A DNA stretch of 64,000 nucleotides from a bacterium (GTDB taxonomy: Bacteria; Bacteroidota; Ignavibacteria; UBA10030). Where the stretch lies: NCBI GenBank assembly GCA_043803945.1, contig JAZDJN010000091.1, forward strand, positions 1 to 64,000, written 5' to 3'. The translations under genes were made by a program, and so were the position numbers. The notes beneath the pieces were generated by a model. It was not told where the DNA came from, did no database searches, and saw nothing but the letters and a program-made list of their open reading frames with translations. Shown in pieces: positions 39,286 to 49,168 of the stretch. Numbering within the stretch: position 1 is the first letter of the stretch; each line of letters begins with the position of its first letter.

Positions 39286-40086
39286 TTATTCTCCGGGATG
39301 ATGTAGCTTCATTTCAATCTTTCGTTTTCCATCGGGGGGCAGATTGCGCTTCAGTGCAAGATTTCCCTTTACAAGTTGGTATGCCCAATCGAATTTAATC
39401 TGCAGATCCTTCGCCTCTCTGACACGAACCTTGGCGTAGTGATCATCCCATGTCCAGATGATGTAGAGATGACCCGGAACAGCTTCAACGGATCGTGACG
39501 GCACCCACCCAGCAGTCGGAGCAATGGTGATGTCATCGAGCGATTCCGTATAGCCCATATCCAAAATATCGCTGTCCTCCCACACATTGAGATAATAACG
39601 ACCATTATAGGTTTCATAATAGACATCCGTATATTCATCATTGAACTTGCCAATCGAGTAGGTCGAGAAATCATAACCGGCATTGTTGGGTGAAGTCGCA
39701 AAGTTTGAGAGCCAGACTCCAAATCCTTCAGGACGCGGTGTAGCATAAATCACATCACGGCTCATTTCGCTTTCATTTCCTTCAAAATCGTACGCCGTCA
39801 CTCCATAGTAATAGAGCAGAGCGTTCTTGGCATCCAGGTCTTCAAACGTTGTTCTGGTTGTGGTACCAATTTTCAAGTAGCGTCCATCATATCGCTCACT
39901 CACCCAAATATGATAGCCGGCGACATCCGGTTCAGTATTTTTTAGCCAATCAATCTGAACGGAATTATCGAGCGCCAGTACCTGCAAGCCACGCGGCGAA
40001 GCAGGCGGCGTGGTATCGATTAGAAAGTCTTTATCGCAGCCGAAAAAGATGAGGCTGAAGAGTAGTATGGTCATTTGCTTTTTCAT
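39286..40086 (-). CDS. Lipoprotein with fibronectin type III domain
   Basis: Lipobox FFGC; DTTPPASP.GL...W..N.EPD.AGY...YYY.VTAYD..GNES. Confidence 0.75.
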   Translation of the reverse strand: MKKQMTILLFSLIFFGCDKDFLIDTTPPASPRGLQVLALDNSVQIDWLKNTEPDVAGYHIWVSERYDGRYLKIGTTTRTTFEDLDAKNALLYYYGVTAYDFEGNESEMSRDVIYATPRPEGFGVWLSNFATSPNNAGYDFSTYSIGKFNDEYTDVYYETYNGRYYLNVWEDSDILDMGYTESLDDITIAPTAGWVPSRSVEAVPGHLYIIWTWDDHYAKVRVREAKDLQIKFDWAYQLVKGNLALKRNLPPDGKRKIEMKLHHPGE

Positions 40087-40121
40087 AGATCCTCCAGAAA
40101 TTGAATTCTACACTATGAAGT

Positions 40122-40137
40122 TCAAAGGGTGTGCCAA
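40122..40137 (-). promoter_or_regulatory. Putative sigma54 (-24/-12) promoter
   Basis: TTGGCAC-N5-TTGA, ~35 nt upstream of the 40086 start. Confidence 0.45.
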
Positions 40138-40227
40138 AAACAGCAGGTGTAATTTTTGCCGTAAAATACAGAGGCAAGCACAGAAGTGTCTGATTTCCTG
40201 GAGGTTTCGTTCAGAAATGTAAACAAC

Positions 40228-40255
40228 AAAGGCGGCCCCGACGAGGACCGCCTTT
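40228..40255. terminator. Intrinsic terminator downstream of pyrC
   Basis: aaaggcgg...ccgccttt hairpin. Confidence 0.6.
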
Positions 40256-40301
40256 CTGATCCGAGGTAGTTGCCGAAAAATCCACTCTCAGCAAAGGAGT
40301 G

Positions 40302-40497
40302 AACCGCCCCCGATGAATCGGGGCCAAGAACACCAAGAGATTTTATAATTCTGATTGAAAATGCAATTCTAATACCACTATGGCGCTCTCGGCGTCTTGC
40401 CCGCCTGCGTGCCTGCCTGCGCTGCCGCTCCGGCAGACAGGCCGAAGGCGCTTCCGCCTACACTTCGTTTCGGACAGGTCGGCAGGCAGGGCGGTTT
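40302..40497. repeat. Nested palindromic mini-elements
   Basis: A ccgccaag...cttggcgg type element whose arms carry cccgatgaatcggg and cctgcc...ggcagg insertions. Confidence 0.65.
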
Positions 40498-40520
40498 AAT
40501 TTTTCAGCACTTGCTAGACC

Positions 40521-41804
40521 TTACTGAAGGTAACTCTTATCGTTATTTATAATGCCAATTGCCCTCCCTTTCAATTTGCGGCCATGGAAAGGAGAGTTCT
40601 TGGATTTGGACTTGAATGCTTTGATATCAACGACCCACTCCCCATAAGGATCGAGCAGCGTGAGATTTGCCTTCTCACCTTCAGCAATGGTAATCTGCGG
40701 GAGTGAGAGGATGTGTCGCGGATTGGTTGTGAATTTTTCAATGAGCTGGAAAAGAGTGAGATACTTCGATTCAACAAGTTCAGAGATAGAGAGGCCGATG
40801 GCTGTCTCGAGTCCCACAATGCCAAACGGTGCCTGGGTGTACTCCACCTCCTTTTCGTCGATGGTATGCGGGGCATGATCAGTCGCAATGGCATCAATCG
40901 TCCCATCGCGTAAACCTTCCTTGATGGCCATAACATCGTCACGGGAACGCAATGGCGGATTCATCTTGGTATTCGTATCAAAGCTGCCGACGGCTTCCTC
41001 CGTGAGAGAGAAATGATGCGGTGCTACTTCGCATGTGGCCAACAATCGTTCGACTTTTGCTTTCCGCACCAAGTCGATCGATGGAGCCGTACTGATATGA
41101 TCAACGTGGTACCGTGCTTTCTGGATATATCGAAGGAGAATAAGATCGCGTGCAATAATCAACTCTTCGGCTACCGGCGGAATTCCAACCATGCCGAGTC
41201 TGGTCGAGGTGAAGCTTTCATTCATGAGTCCGCCTTGAGTAAGCGTGGGTTCCTCGGCATGCTGCATGATCGGCAAGCCGAACATCGAGGAATATTCCAA
41301 CGCACGTCGCATGATCCCGGCACTCGCCACAACATTGCCATCGTCGGTAAAACCGACAACCCCGGCTTCAGCAAGTTCCGCCATGGGAGCAAGTTCTTCT
41401 CCTTTGCGCCCTTTCGTAATGGCAGCCACAGGATAGACATCAACGATGCCATCGCATACCTGTTTTCCTTTTTCGTGAACGTAGCGTGCGACCGATTCAT
41501 CGTCGATACAGGGATGTGTATTAGGCATGCAGCAGACCGCAGTGAATCCACCCGCCGCCGCCGACCGGCATCCGGTCTCTATTGTTTCTTTATGTTCAAA
41601 CCCCGGTTCACGGAGATGGACATGCATATCGATGAAGCCGGGCGAAATGACCTTTCCCTTCAGATCGATTGTTTGATACGATGCATCTGCAGAAAGATTC
41701 TTCCCCAGTTTCTCAATCCGTCCGTTAAGCAAAAGCAGATCGAGAGCTTCATCCCTTCCCGATGCCGGATCGATGAGTTGTCCGTTTTTCAATAACAGTT
41801 TCAT
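40521..41804 (-). CDS. pyrC: Dihydroorotase
   Basis: DMHVHLREPG, MPNT, KMNPPLR and ATDHAPH motifs. Confidence 0.95.
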   Translation of the reverse strand: MKLLLKNGQLIDPASGRDEALDLLLLNGRIEKLGKNLSADASYQTIDLKGKVISPGFIDMHVHLREPGFEHKETIETGCRSAAAGGFTAVCCMPNTHPCIDDESVARYVHEKGKQVCDGIVDVYPVAAITKGRKGEELAPMAELAEAGVVGFTDDGNVVASAGIMRRALEYSSMFGLPIMQHAEEPTLTQGGLMNESFTSTRLGMVGIPPVAEELIIARDLILLRYIQKARYHVDHISTAPSIDLVRKAKVERLLATCEVAPHHFSLTEEAVGSFDTNTKMNPPLRSRDDVMAIKEGLRDGTIDAIATDHAPHTIDEKEVEYTQAPFGIVGLETAIGLSISELVESKYLTLFQLIEKFTTNPRHILSLPQITIAEGEKANLTLLDPYGEWVVDIKAFKSKSKNSPFHGRKLKGRAIGIINNDKSYLQ

Positions 41805-41816
41805 ACTTCCCTCTTT

Positions 41817-42737
41817 CTAATTTGTTGTTCCTAAGAGATAGAGAACAGCCATCCGGATCGCAACGCCATTTGTCACCTGTTCGAGGATGACCGAATGTTC
41901 GCCATCCGCGAGATCGGCGGAGAGCTCAACATCGCGGTTGATGGGACCGGGATGCATAATCGTGATCGGTTTAGGAGCGCTGTCCACGCGCTCTTTTGTG
42001 ACGCCAAAATAGCGGTGATATTCACGCAAGGATGGAAACAATCCGCTCTTCTGGCGTTCCAGTTGAATCCGAAGAACATTCAAGACGTCAATACGCGGAA
42101 TGATATCTTCGAGGCGATGGTACACGTTGACGCCGAGTTTTTCAATATCGCGGGGAATGAGTGTCTCCGGTCCGCAAACCGAAACTTCTGCTCCCATGGT
42201 GATCAGCCCGTAGATGTTCGAGCGGGCCACACGGCTGTGGAGGATATCACCGACGATGCACACACGTAATCCCTCAAGTGTTCCGAACTTTTGCCTCAGT
42301 GTATACATATCGAGCAATCCCTGGGTAGGATGTTCGTGAGCTCCGTCCCCCGCATTAATGACGTTAGCGTCGACAACCCTGCTGAGAAAATGGGCAGAAC
42401 CCGGAGAGGCATGGCGAATTACCACCATATCGATTTTCATGGCTTCAATGTTCCGGGCAGTATCTTTCATCGTCTCGCCTTTACTCACACTGCTTCCCGA
42501 GCTGGTAAAGTTGACGACATCGGCCGAGAGGCGGCGTTCGGCAAGTTCAAATGATATTCTCGTGCGAGTCGAGCTTTCGAAAAATAAATTGACAACGGTT
42601 TTCCCCTGAAGCGGGGGGACCTTTTTTATCGGCCGATCGATAATCTCCCGGAATGAAACAGCGGTATCGAGGATCAGCGCCAGTTCCTCCCTTGTCATTC
42701 CTTCGAGACCCAACAAATGTCGGCTGCGCAATTTCAT
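41817..42737 (-). CDS. pyrB: Aspartate carbamoyltransferase catalytic subunit
   Basis: FFESSTRT, HEHPTQ, GDILHSRVARS and MHPGP.NR motifs. Confidence 0.97.
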   Translation of the reverse strand: MKLRSRHLLGLEGMTREELALILDTAVSFREIIDRPIKKVPPLQGKTVVNLFFESSTRTRISFELAERRLSADVVNFTSSGSSVSKGETMKDTARNIEAMKIDMVVIRHASPGSAHFLSRVVDANVINAGDGAHEHPTQGLLDMYTLRQKFGTLEGLRVCIVGDILHSRVARSNIYGLITMGAEVSVCGPETLIPRDIEKLGVNVYHRLEDIIPRIDVLNVLRIQLERQKSGLFPSLREYHRYFGVTKERVDSAPKPITIMHPGPINRDVELSADLADGEHSVILEQVTNGVAIRMAVLYLLGTTN

Positions 42738-43294
42738 GCTCCACCCTCCTTCCGTTCATCATCAATATCGATCAGTGTAACATTATCTTCTCCGTCCACC
42801 TCGGCAATCATCACCTTAATCTCCTGATTCGCCGAAGTAGGGATGTTCTTTCCAATGAAATCGGCTTTAATGGGAAGCTCCCGATGCCCCCGGTCGATCA
42901 GCACAAGCAGTTCAATGAGCGCAGGCCGCCCGAGATCCATTATAGCGTTCAAAGCCGATCGGATTGTTCTGCCGGTGAACAACACATCATCGACAAGTAC
43001 AAGCACTTTGCCTGTGACATCGAATAATATTTCTGTACTTTTTAGTTGCGGTTGGTCAAGCCTGCCTCGCAGATCATCACGGTAAAGGGTGATGTCGAGA
43101 ATTCCCACCGGTACTCTCCTTCCTTCAATCTCTTCAATTTTCTTCGCCAACCGTTGCGCAAGAAATTCACCACGGGTACGGATGCCAACGATACAGACAT
43201 TTTCCGCCCCCTTATGATTCTCGACAACTTCATGGGCCAATCGGTTCACAGTCCGACGGAAACCCTCGTTATCGATGACGATAGTTTTTTTCAT
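42734..43294 (-). CDS. pyrR: Pyrimidine operon attenuation protein / UPRTase
   Basis: LDITLYRDD, LVDDVLFTGRT and DRGHRELPI motifs. Start set at MKKTIV. Confidence 0.95.
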   Translation of the reverse strand: MKKTIVIDNEGFRRTVNRLAHEVVENHKGAENVCIVGIRTRGEFLAQRLAKKIEEIEGRRVPVGILDITLYRDDLRGRLDQPQLKSTEILFDVTGKVLVLVDDVLFTGRTIRSALNAIMDLGRPALIELLVLIDRGHRELPIKADFIGKNIPTSANQEIKVMIAEVDGEDNVTLIDIDDERKEGGA

Positions 43295-43305
43295 AGCTGC
43301 TCCAT

Positions 43306-43460
43306 AAAAATGAAAAACCTCCAATCCCGGAGATTCGGAAAAGGAGGGTCATCAAGAATCATTAACTTGTCATAGACAACGGAGAGCCGTGCCCCCTCTC
43401 CTTGTCCAGCGTGGATATCGATTGTTTCCTTTCCTACCTCGCAGGATAGGGTTTAAAGGA
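43306..43460 (-). promoter_or_regulatory. PyrR-binding leader with attenuator terminator
   Basis: CCTTTAAACCCTATCCTGCGAGGTAGGAAAGG (43428-43459) matches the PyrR loop consensus CUUUAA...UCC.G.GAGG.U...AAGG. A terminator cctcc...ggagg-TTTTT lies just before pyrR. Confidence 0.75.
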
Positions 43461-43581
43461 TGGATTCAAAGAACTGAAATTCGCTGCGTCAATATAGCAT
43501 GCAAGTTTTCAGGAATCAAGCAGCACGCAATTTCAACGATGAGTACTTTCTCTCAACCGATGCGATCGCTGGGAGATGGCC

Positions 43582-44481
43582 TCAAAGAATTCTATCAAGT
43601 ACCATTAAACTCATCAATGCGGAGAGATAGATGAGGGAAAAGGTAAAGAGCAATTTTGCACTTTCATTTGAGCGATCACGGTAATGGCGAAAGGCTATCC
43701 ATAGGAAGATACTTGTGAAGACTGCCGCCCCGATAAAGTAGACAATACCTAATAGTCCGACAAGAGTGGGCATCAACGCAGCGGGAAATAATGCAACGGC
43801 ATAGATCAGCATTTGCCGGCTTGCAACAATGCCCGAGGGATCGACCACGGTCAGGATTTTATGGTCGGCACGGGCATAGTCTACTCGATAGATCCAGGCA
43901 AGTGCGAGGAAGTGCGGCATCTGCCAGAAGAAAAGAATGAAAAAGAGTGACCACGCTTCAATTGTAATAGCGCCCCGCCCTACCGCCCATCCAATCAGTG
44001 TCGGTAGTGCACCGGGAATCCCCCCAAGAATTGTTGCAAAAGGAGTCTTTCGTTTCATCGGAGTATACAGCAGCAGATAAAGAAGCAGTGTCAGCAAGCC
44101 GGTTCCTGCGGCCCAGAGGTTCGTGGCAACAGCGAGATACAGCACACCCAGAAGAGCCAGGATTATCCCAAACCATAATGCTTTGTGCGGTTCGATGCGT
44201 TGAGCGGGCAGCTGGCGGTTGCGCGTTCGTTTCATGACCGCATCGAGGAGCCGTTCCGCATATTGATTCAATGTTCCAGCCGCCCCCCCAACGAGCCATG
44301 TGCCAACAAAGGTATGGACGATGAGGAGGAAATGAAAATTTTCACCGGAGGCCAGGTAGGTGGATCCGACCGCCGTTAGAACCGAGAGGAGCGTCAATCG
44401 GGGTTTTGTGAGAGAAAAATATTCACCAACACGCGATGCCGGATGCTCCATTGTGGGTGGAGTAGTACGTTCGTTGTTCAT
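43582..44481 (-). CDS. ctaB: Protoheme IX farnesyltransferase (heme O synthase)
   Basis: LTKPR, D..MKRT.NR.LP, YTPMKR and FFWQMPHF motifs. Confidence 0.92.
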   Translation of the reverse strand: MNNERTTPPTMEHPASRVGEYFSLTKPRLTLLSVLTAVGSTYLASGENFHFLLIVHTFVGTWLVGGAAGTLNQYAERLLDAVMKRTRNRQLPAQRIEPHKALWFGIILALLGVLYLAVATNLWAAGTGLLTLLLYLLLYTPMKRKTPFATILGGIPGALPTLIGWAVGRGAITIEAWSLFFILFFWQMPHFLALAWIYRVDYARADHKILTVVDPSGIVASRQMLIYAVALFPAALMPTLVGLLGIVYFIGAAVFTSIFLWIAFRHYRDRSNESAKLLFTFSLIYLSALMSLMVLDRIL

Positions 44482-44482
44482 C

Positions 44483-45877
44483 CTACTTCGAAGGAACCGA
44501 CGTACTATCCTTCTGGGGATTTTGCACGCCAACCTTTGCCAGCAAATACGTGATGATGGAATCTGCCTCCGAAGGTTTCAATCCCTGGGCTGGCATAGAC
44601 GGATACGCAGGATTAATTTTGACAGGGTTCAGGACAAAAGAAATCAGTTGTGCTTTCTTTCCGGCATACTTGGGGAGTACATCCTTGTAAGCAGGACCAA
44701 CCTTCTTCTGATCAAACTGATGGCAAGCGGAGCATTTTGCATTAAATATATCTTCACCCGTGAGTGCAACGGATGCAATACCTAATTTCGCCTTCAACTC
44801 CTCAGTTAAAAGGTCATGCCTATAGGTGAGGATGGAAGCATGAGTTCTTGTGGCATTATACATCATCACCTGATCGTTCATTACAGAACATGCCGCGGCG
44901 AATCCAAAAATAAAGAAGGCACTTGATACCCTGCTGACCTGAGAATCGCCCGAATACGCGTAAAGAAAATGCGCTGCCAGGAATAAGAGAACAATAGTGA
45001 CACCGGCAAGCATAAAGAGCAATCCGGAAAGCGACGTCTGGGGAAGCAGGAAAACCGTTACAAGGATGAGGAGCGGTTGTATCAGAAGAGAGCCCGTTGT
45101 CAGACGGAGGGTCAGCCTGCGCACCAGCATGGCATATTCAGAACCGGTCTCAAAGGATTTTGTTCGCCAGGCAAATAAGAAAAAGAGAATACCAATACCG
45201 GTAATACCGGCAGAGAAAGCGATAAACAGAATAAACCTCAGCCAGACATCAATCGCCAAAATTGCAGCGAAGATCGAATCGATGGCGATCCAGTTTTCCC
45301 GATTGACGGCAACAGTGGTTGCACTCGTGAAGAGCAGTGTGGCAAGGACTATGGTGACGACACCCCAACGGCCCGTTTTTGCATGAACGCTGCTGTTCTG
45401 CTTCCGATACTCTTCGATTTCCAGCGCCTCCTTACCCATTCCCTTTCCCTTCGCTAGTGAATTGCCAAGCACTTCCAAAAGATCATGCAAGCGGAAGGTA
45501 TATCGATAACTCGAGAGCAGAATTGTTGCTGCGAGGAAGAGAATGAAACCAAATCCTGCAAGACTGACGACGATTGCATCTGTTAATTGAAAGAGCTGTG
45601 CATAGATGAACATTAGCGAGAATGCCGGAATAATGCCGAGGAATGTCGGGATTAACTTGTTGGTGAGCGGAATATCGATGAGATCTTTTGCAAACCGGAG
45701 ATAGAGCTTGTTACCTTCACGCGTTCCTTTCCGGTTGTATGCATAGGAAAGGATGGAAGACCCGCCGAGAAATGCCAAATACGGGATAAACACCAGAGAG
45801 AGCAATCCGCTGATGAGCAACAGGAGATGAAAATGCTCAGTCGATTGTGGAAGGGCAAGATGTTTTAGGAATTCCAT
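44483..45877 (-). CDS. Polytopic membrane protein with C-terminal monoheme cytochrome c
   Basis: About 9-10 hydrophobic segments; CSACH...VGP...MP. Confidence 0.75.
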   Translation of the reverse strand: MEFLKHLALPQSTEHFHLLLLISGLLSLVFIPYLAFLGGSSILSYAYNRKGTREGNKLYLRFAKDLIDIPLTNKLIPTFLGIIPAFSLMFIYAQLFQLTDAIVVSLAGFGFILFLAATILLSSYRYTFRLHDLLEVLGNSLAKGKGMGKEALEIEEYRKQNSSVHAKTGRWGVVTIVLATLLFTSATTVAVNRENWIAIDSIFAAILAIDVWLRFILFIAFSAGITGIGILFFLFAWRTKSFETGSEYAMLVRRLTLRLTTGSLLIQPLLILVTVFLLPQTSLSGLLFMLAGVTIVLLFLAAHFLYAYSGDSQVSRVSSAFFIFGFAAACSVMNDQVMMYNATRTHASILTYRHDLLTEELKAKLGIASVALTGEDIFNAKCSACHQFDQKKVGPAYKDVLPKYAGKKAQLISFVLNPVKINPAYPSMPAQGLKPSEADSIITYLLAKVGVQNPQKDSTSVPSK

Positions 45878-45912
45878 GAAATTTCAGCTTATTCTCTTAG
45901 ATGTTCTTTCGG

Positions 45913-46566
45913 TTAGTTCGTCAGCATGCTTGGTAATGAAATATTCTGTTTCGCTTGTGCTGCCGACACACGCTCAAACCATGCCACAAACTGTGAGGAA
46001 TCATTTGACACAACCTTTGTGTACATATACGCGTGCCTCAAGCCGCAATACTCAGCGCAAGCGATATCATACGAGGCATTCTCTTTGGTCTTGAACCACA
46101 TTTCATTCTCGCGGTTCGGTATCACATCCTTCTTGATCCTGAATGCCGGGATGTACATCGAATGATTAACATCTAGTGAGTGAAGTGTCAGTTTCACCGG
46201 AATGTTCATCGGTACATACAGGGTATCGGTTTGCACTCCATTGGGGTATTCAAACGTCCAGCTCCACATTCGTGCCGTCACTTTAATCGGCAATGCTCCG
46301 GAGGGAATTTGGGATATCTTGAGGTATCCCTCCCAACCCAAATAGAACATTCCCATAAAGAGCCCCAGCGGAATCACAGTCCAGGCAATTTCGAGAGGAA
46401 CGTTACCTTCAATATTGGTTGGATATGGATGTTTTTCCCGATTATACTTGACAACGAAAAAAACCATGGCAATGAGGAGACCGATCAGCACCAGGAGCGA
46501 GATTCCTACGATGGTAAGGAATGTCGCGTCAATATAATCTGCAAAAGGCGATTTGCCTTCGAACAT
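45913..46566 (-). CDS. coxB: Cytochrome c oxidase subunit II
   Basis: LEIAWT, DVNHS and CuA motif CAEYCG.RH..M; no fused cytochrome c domain. Confidence 0.95.
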   Translation of the reverse strand: MFEGKSPFADYIDATFLTIVGISLLVLIGLLIAMVFFVVKYNREKHPYPTNIEGNVPLEIAWTVIPLGLFMGMFYLGWEGYLKISQIPSGALPIKVTARMWSWTFEYPNGVQTDTLYVPMNIPVKLTLHSLDVNHSMYIPAFRIKKDVIPNRENEMWFKTKENASYDIACAEYCGLRHAYMYTKVVSNDSSQFVAWFERVSAAQAKQNISLPSMLTN

Positions 46567-46580
46567 AAGGGTATCCTGTC

Positions 46581-46880
46581 TTACCGAAACGCGTAGTCAA
46601 AGAATGTGAGAACGATAAAAATCATCAGCGTGACGACTGCGACGAGTACAAAAATCCTGAATATTTTATCCTCAAATTTCAGGTGCATGAATATGCCAAG
46701 CACAAGCGCTGCCTTAATGGAGGCGATGGAGAGTGACGTAATAATGATCCAATGGCCAAGTTCAATCCCTGCCAGCGATACGGTAGCTCCCGTCAACACG
46801 ATCAAGCCCAGCCAAATGAGCAGATAGTGTCCGTAGCTTACTCGATGAACATGTTCTTCATGTTGCCCGTGTGATTCCAT
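46581..46880 (-). CDS. coxD: Cytochrome c oxidase subunit IV
   Basis: KA.LV...FMHLK motif; 3 TM. Confidence 0.85.
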   Translation of the reverse strand: MESHGQHEEHVHRVSYGHYLLIWLGLIVLTGATVSLAGIELGHWIIITSLSIASIKAALVLGIFMHLKFEDKIFRIFVLVAVVTLMIFIVLTFFDYAFR

Positions 46881-46891
46881 GCGTCCTTACC

Positions 46892-47518
46892 TTACTGCAA
46901 AAGATAGAAAAGCGGGAAAAGAAAGATCCAAATGATATCGACCAGGTGCCAGTACAAGCCGCCGGCCTCCAGGCGAACATACGAACGTTCATTGATTATC
47001 CCGCGACTGATAAACACCATCATGACGGCCAGGATGATCATTCCGATGACGACGTGAAGAGCATGTAATCCCGTCATCACAAAATAGAGCCCGAAGTATA
47101 ATATCTCTCCCGAAGGTTTGCCGAGGAGATCGGGAGAACCTGGATAGATTCCCAGTTCGAATTTATGCCCCCACTCAAAATACTTATTCACGAGAAATGC
47201 CAATGCCAAAACGAGGGTCATACCTATCAACATCTGGGCAAGGCTTTTCTTCCCCTCCTGAATTGCCGTGATCGACATGGCGACAGTAAGGCTGCTGGTG
47301 AGGAGAATAATGGTGTTCACCGTACCGATCAAAGTATCAAGTTCTTTCGATGCCAATTGAAACTCAGCCGGATACTTGAAGCGGTATACGGCATACACAA
47401 GAAATAATCCGCCGAACAGGATCAACTCGGTGAAGAGAAAGAGCCACATTCCCATCCGGGAGCCGATGTTGTCGCGATGCGTCTGTTCATGTGCAACGTG
47501 GATCGACGGCGTACTCAC
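46892..47518 (-). CDS. coxC: Cytochrome c oxidase subunit III
   Basis: GMWLFL.TE, TGLH.LHV and YWHLVD motifs. Confidence 0.93.
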   Translation of the reverse strand: MSTPSIHVAHEQTHRDNIGSRMGMWLFLFTELILFGGLFLVYAVYRFKYPAEFQLASKELDTLIGTVNTIILLTSSLTVAMSITAIQEGKKSLAQMLIGMTLVLALAFLVNKYFEWGHKFELGIYPGSPDLLGKPSGEILYFGLYFVMTGLHALHVVIGMIILAVMMVFISRGIINERSYVRLEAGGLYWHLVDIIWIFLFPLFYLLQ

Positions 47519-49161
47519 GATGCCGCCTCCAATGGTTTTTCATATTGGCTGTAATCATACGGCCCGGTGGTCACAACAGGAATTTCGTGGAAGTTTTCCA
47601 GGGGTGGCGGTGAGGGGACTTTCCATTCAAGGGTTTGTCCGCCCCAGGGATTTGCCGGCGCCTTCTTTCCTTTCAACAGCGAGACGATGAGATTCACGAT
47701 CAGGATGAGAATTCCGGCATAGAGTATCCAAGATCCTGCTGACGCAATGCGATGCAGGGTTAAAAACTCCGGAAGTGAATCGTAGTAACGCCGCGGCATC
47801 CCTTGATAACCCAGAATAAAAAACGGGAAATAGAGCAAATTGAAGCCGACCGTGAGGAGCAACCAGGAAAGTTTTGCCGCTCCTTTCTTGTACATCTTAC
47901 CAAACATCTTCGGAAACCAGTAGTGGATGGCAGCAAATAAACCAAATCCTGTCCCGCCAAACATGACATAATGAAAGTGCCCAACGACAAAGTAGGTATC
48001 CTGAACATGAATGTTGATCGCGAGCGCACCGAGCATTAATCCCGTAAATCCTCCGATGCTGAATTGGATAATGAACGAGAGGACAAAAAGCATCGGCACT
48101 TCAAGTTCAATGGAGCCTTTATAGAGTGTCGCAATCCAATTAAAGATCTTAATAGCACTCGGGATGGAGACGAGAAATGTCAGGAGCGAGAAGACAAACA
48201 CACCGGTATTGCTCATACCAACGGTAAACATATGATGTGCCCATACCAGCGAACCGAAGAAGGCGATGGCAAGACTTGAAAAAGCGATGAATTTATATCC
48301 AAAAATTGTTCGCCGCGCAAAGACCGGCAAGATTTCCGAGACCACACCAAGCCCCGGTAAGATCATGATGTAAACCGCAGGATGAGAATAGATCCAGAAC
48401 AGGTGCTGATAGAGCACAGGATCGCCACCCATCGTAGGGTCAAAAATCCCAACCCCGAACCAGCGTTCGAGCACAACAAGGAGCAGTGTAATTCCAATAA
48501 TGGGTGTGGCAAGAATTTGTACCCAGCCAGTAGAATATAGCGACCAGATAAACAAGGGCATTTTGAACCAGGTCATCCCCGGTGCCCTCATTCGATGGAT
48601 CGTGGTGATAAAATTCAATCCGGTTAAAATCGAAGAGAATCCGAGAATGAAGGCCGCCATCAATGCCGGGAAGACATTGGTTGATGTCCGGATACTGTAG
48701 GGAACATAGAAGGTCCATCCCGTATCCGCAGCTCCGCCCGGAAGAAAAACTGAAACCAGTGCCAGAAGTCCGCCAGTGAGAAACAACCACCAGGAGAGAA
48801 GGTTGAGCCGCGGGAAGAAAACATCGTTTGCGCCAATCATCAGCGGCATCATAAAATTGCCAAAAACTGCCGGCAATCCCGGAATGATGAATAAGAAGAT
48901 CATCATAATTCCGTGAAGCGTAAAGAAGGTATTATATGTTTGCGGCTCGACGATTGTTTTTCCAACCGTCATCAGCTCCAGACGCATCAAAACGCCGAGC
49001 GTTGCAGCCGTAAGAAAGAATACAGACATCGTAACAAGGTAGAGGATTCCAATACGCTTGTGATCGGTGCTAAGAATCCAACCGAGCACTCCCTTATCCT
49101 TCGTTTCAGCGTGATAAAAATCAGGCTCAACCTTCTCAGCGATAGACGCTGATGTTGCCAT
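47515..49161 (-). CDS. coxA: Cytochrome c oxidase subunit I (A2-type)
   Basis: DHKRIG, YSHPAVY (YS motif = A2), WAHH, HFH and MPRR motifs. Start set at MATSAS. Confidence 0.95.
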   Translation of the reverse strand: MATSASIAEKVEPDFYHAETKDKGVLGWILSTDHKRIGILYLVTMSVFFLTAATLGVLMRLELMTVGKTIVEPQTYNTFFTLHGIMMIFLFIIPGLPAVFGNFMMPLMIGANDVFFPRLNLLSWWLFLTGGLLALVSVFLPGGAADTGWTFYVPYSIRTSTNVFPALMAAFILGFSSILTGLNFITTIHRMRAPGMTWFKMPLFIWSLYSTGWVQILATPIIGITLLLVVLERWFGVGIFDPTMGGDPVLYQHLFWIYSHPAVYIMILPGLGVVSEILPVFARRTIFGYKFIAFSSLAIAFFGSLVWAHHMFTVGMSNTGVFVFSLLTFLVSIPSAIKIFNWIATLYKGSIELEVPMLFVLSFIIQFSIGGFTGLMLGALAINIHVQDTYFVVGHFHYVMFGGTGFGLFAAIHYWFPKMFGKMYKKGAAKLSWLLLTVGFNLLYFPFFILGYQGMPRRYYDSLPEFLTLHRIASAGSWILYAGILILIVNLIVSLLKGKKAPANPWGGQTLEWKVPSPPPLENFHEIPVVTTGPYDYSQYEKPLEAAS

Positions 49162-49168
49162 ACGTCTC

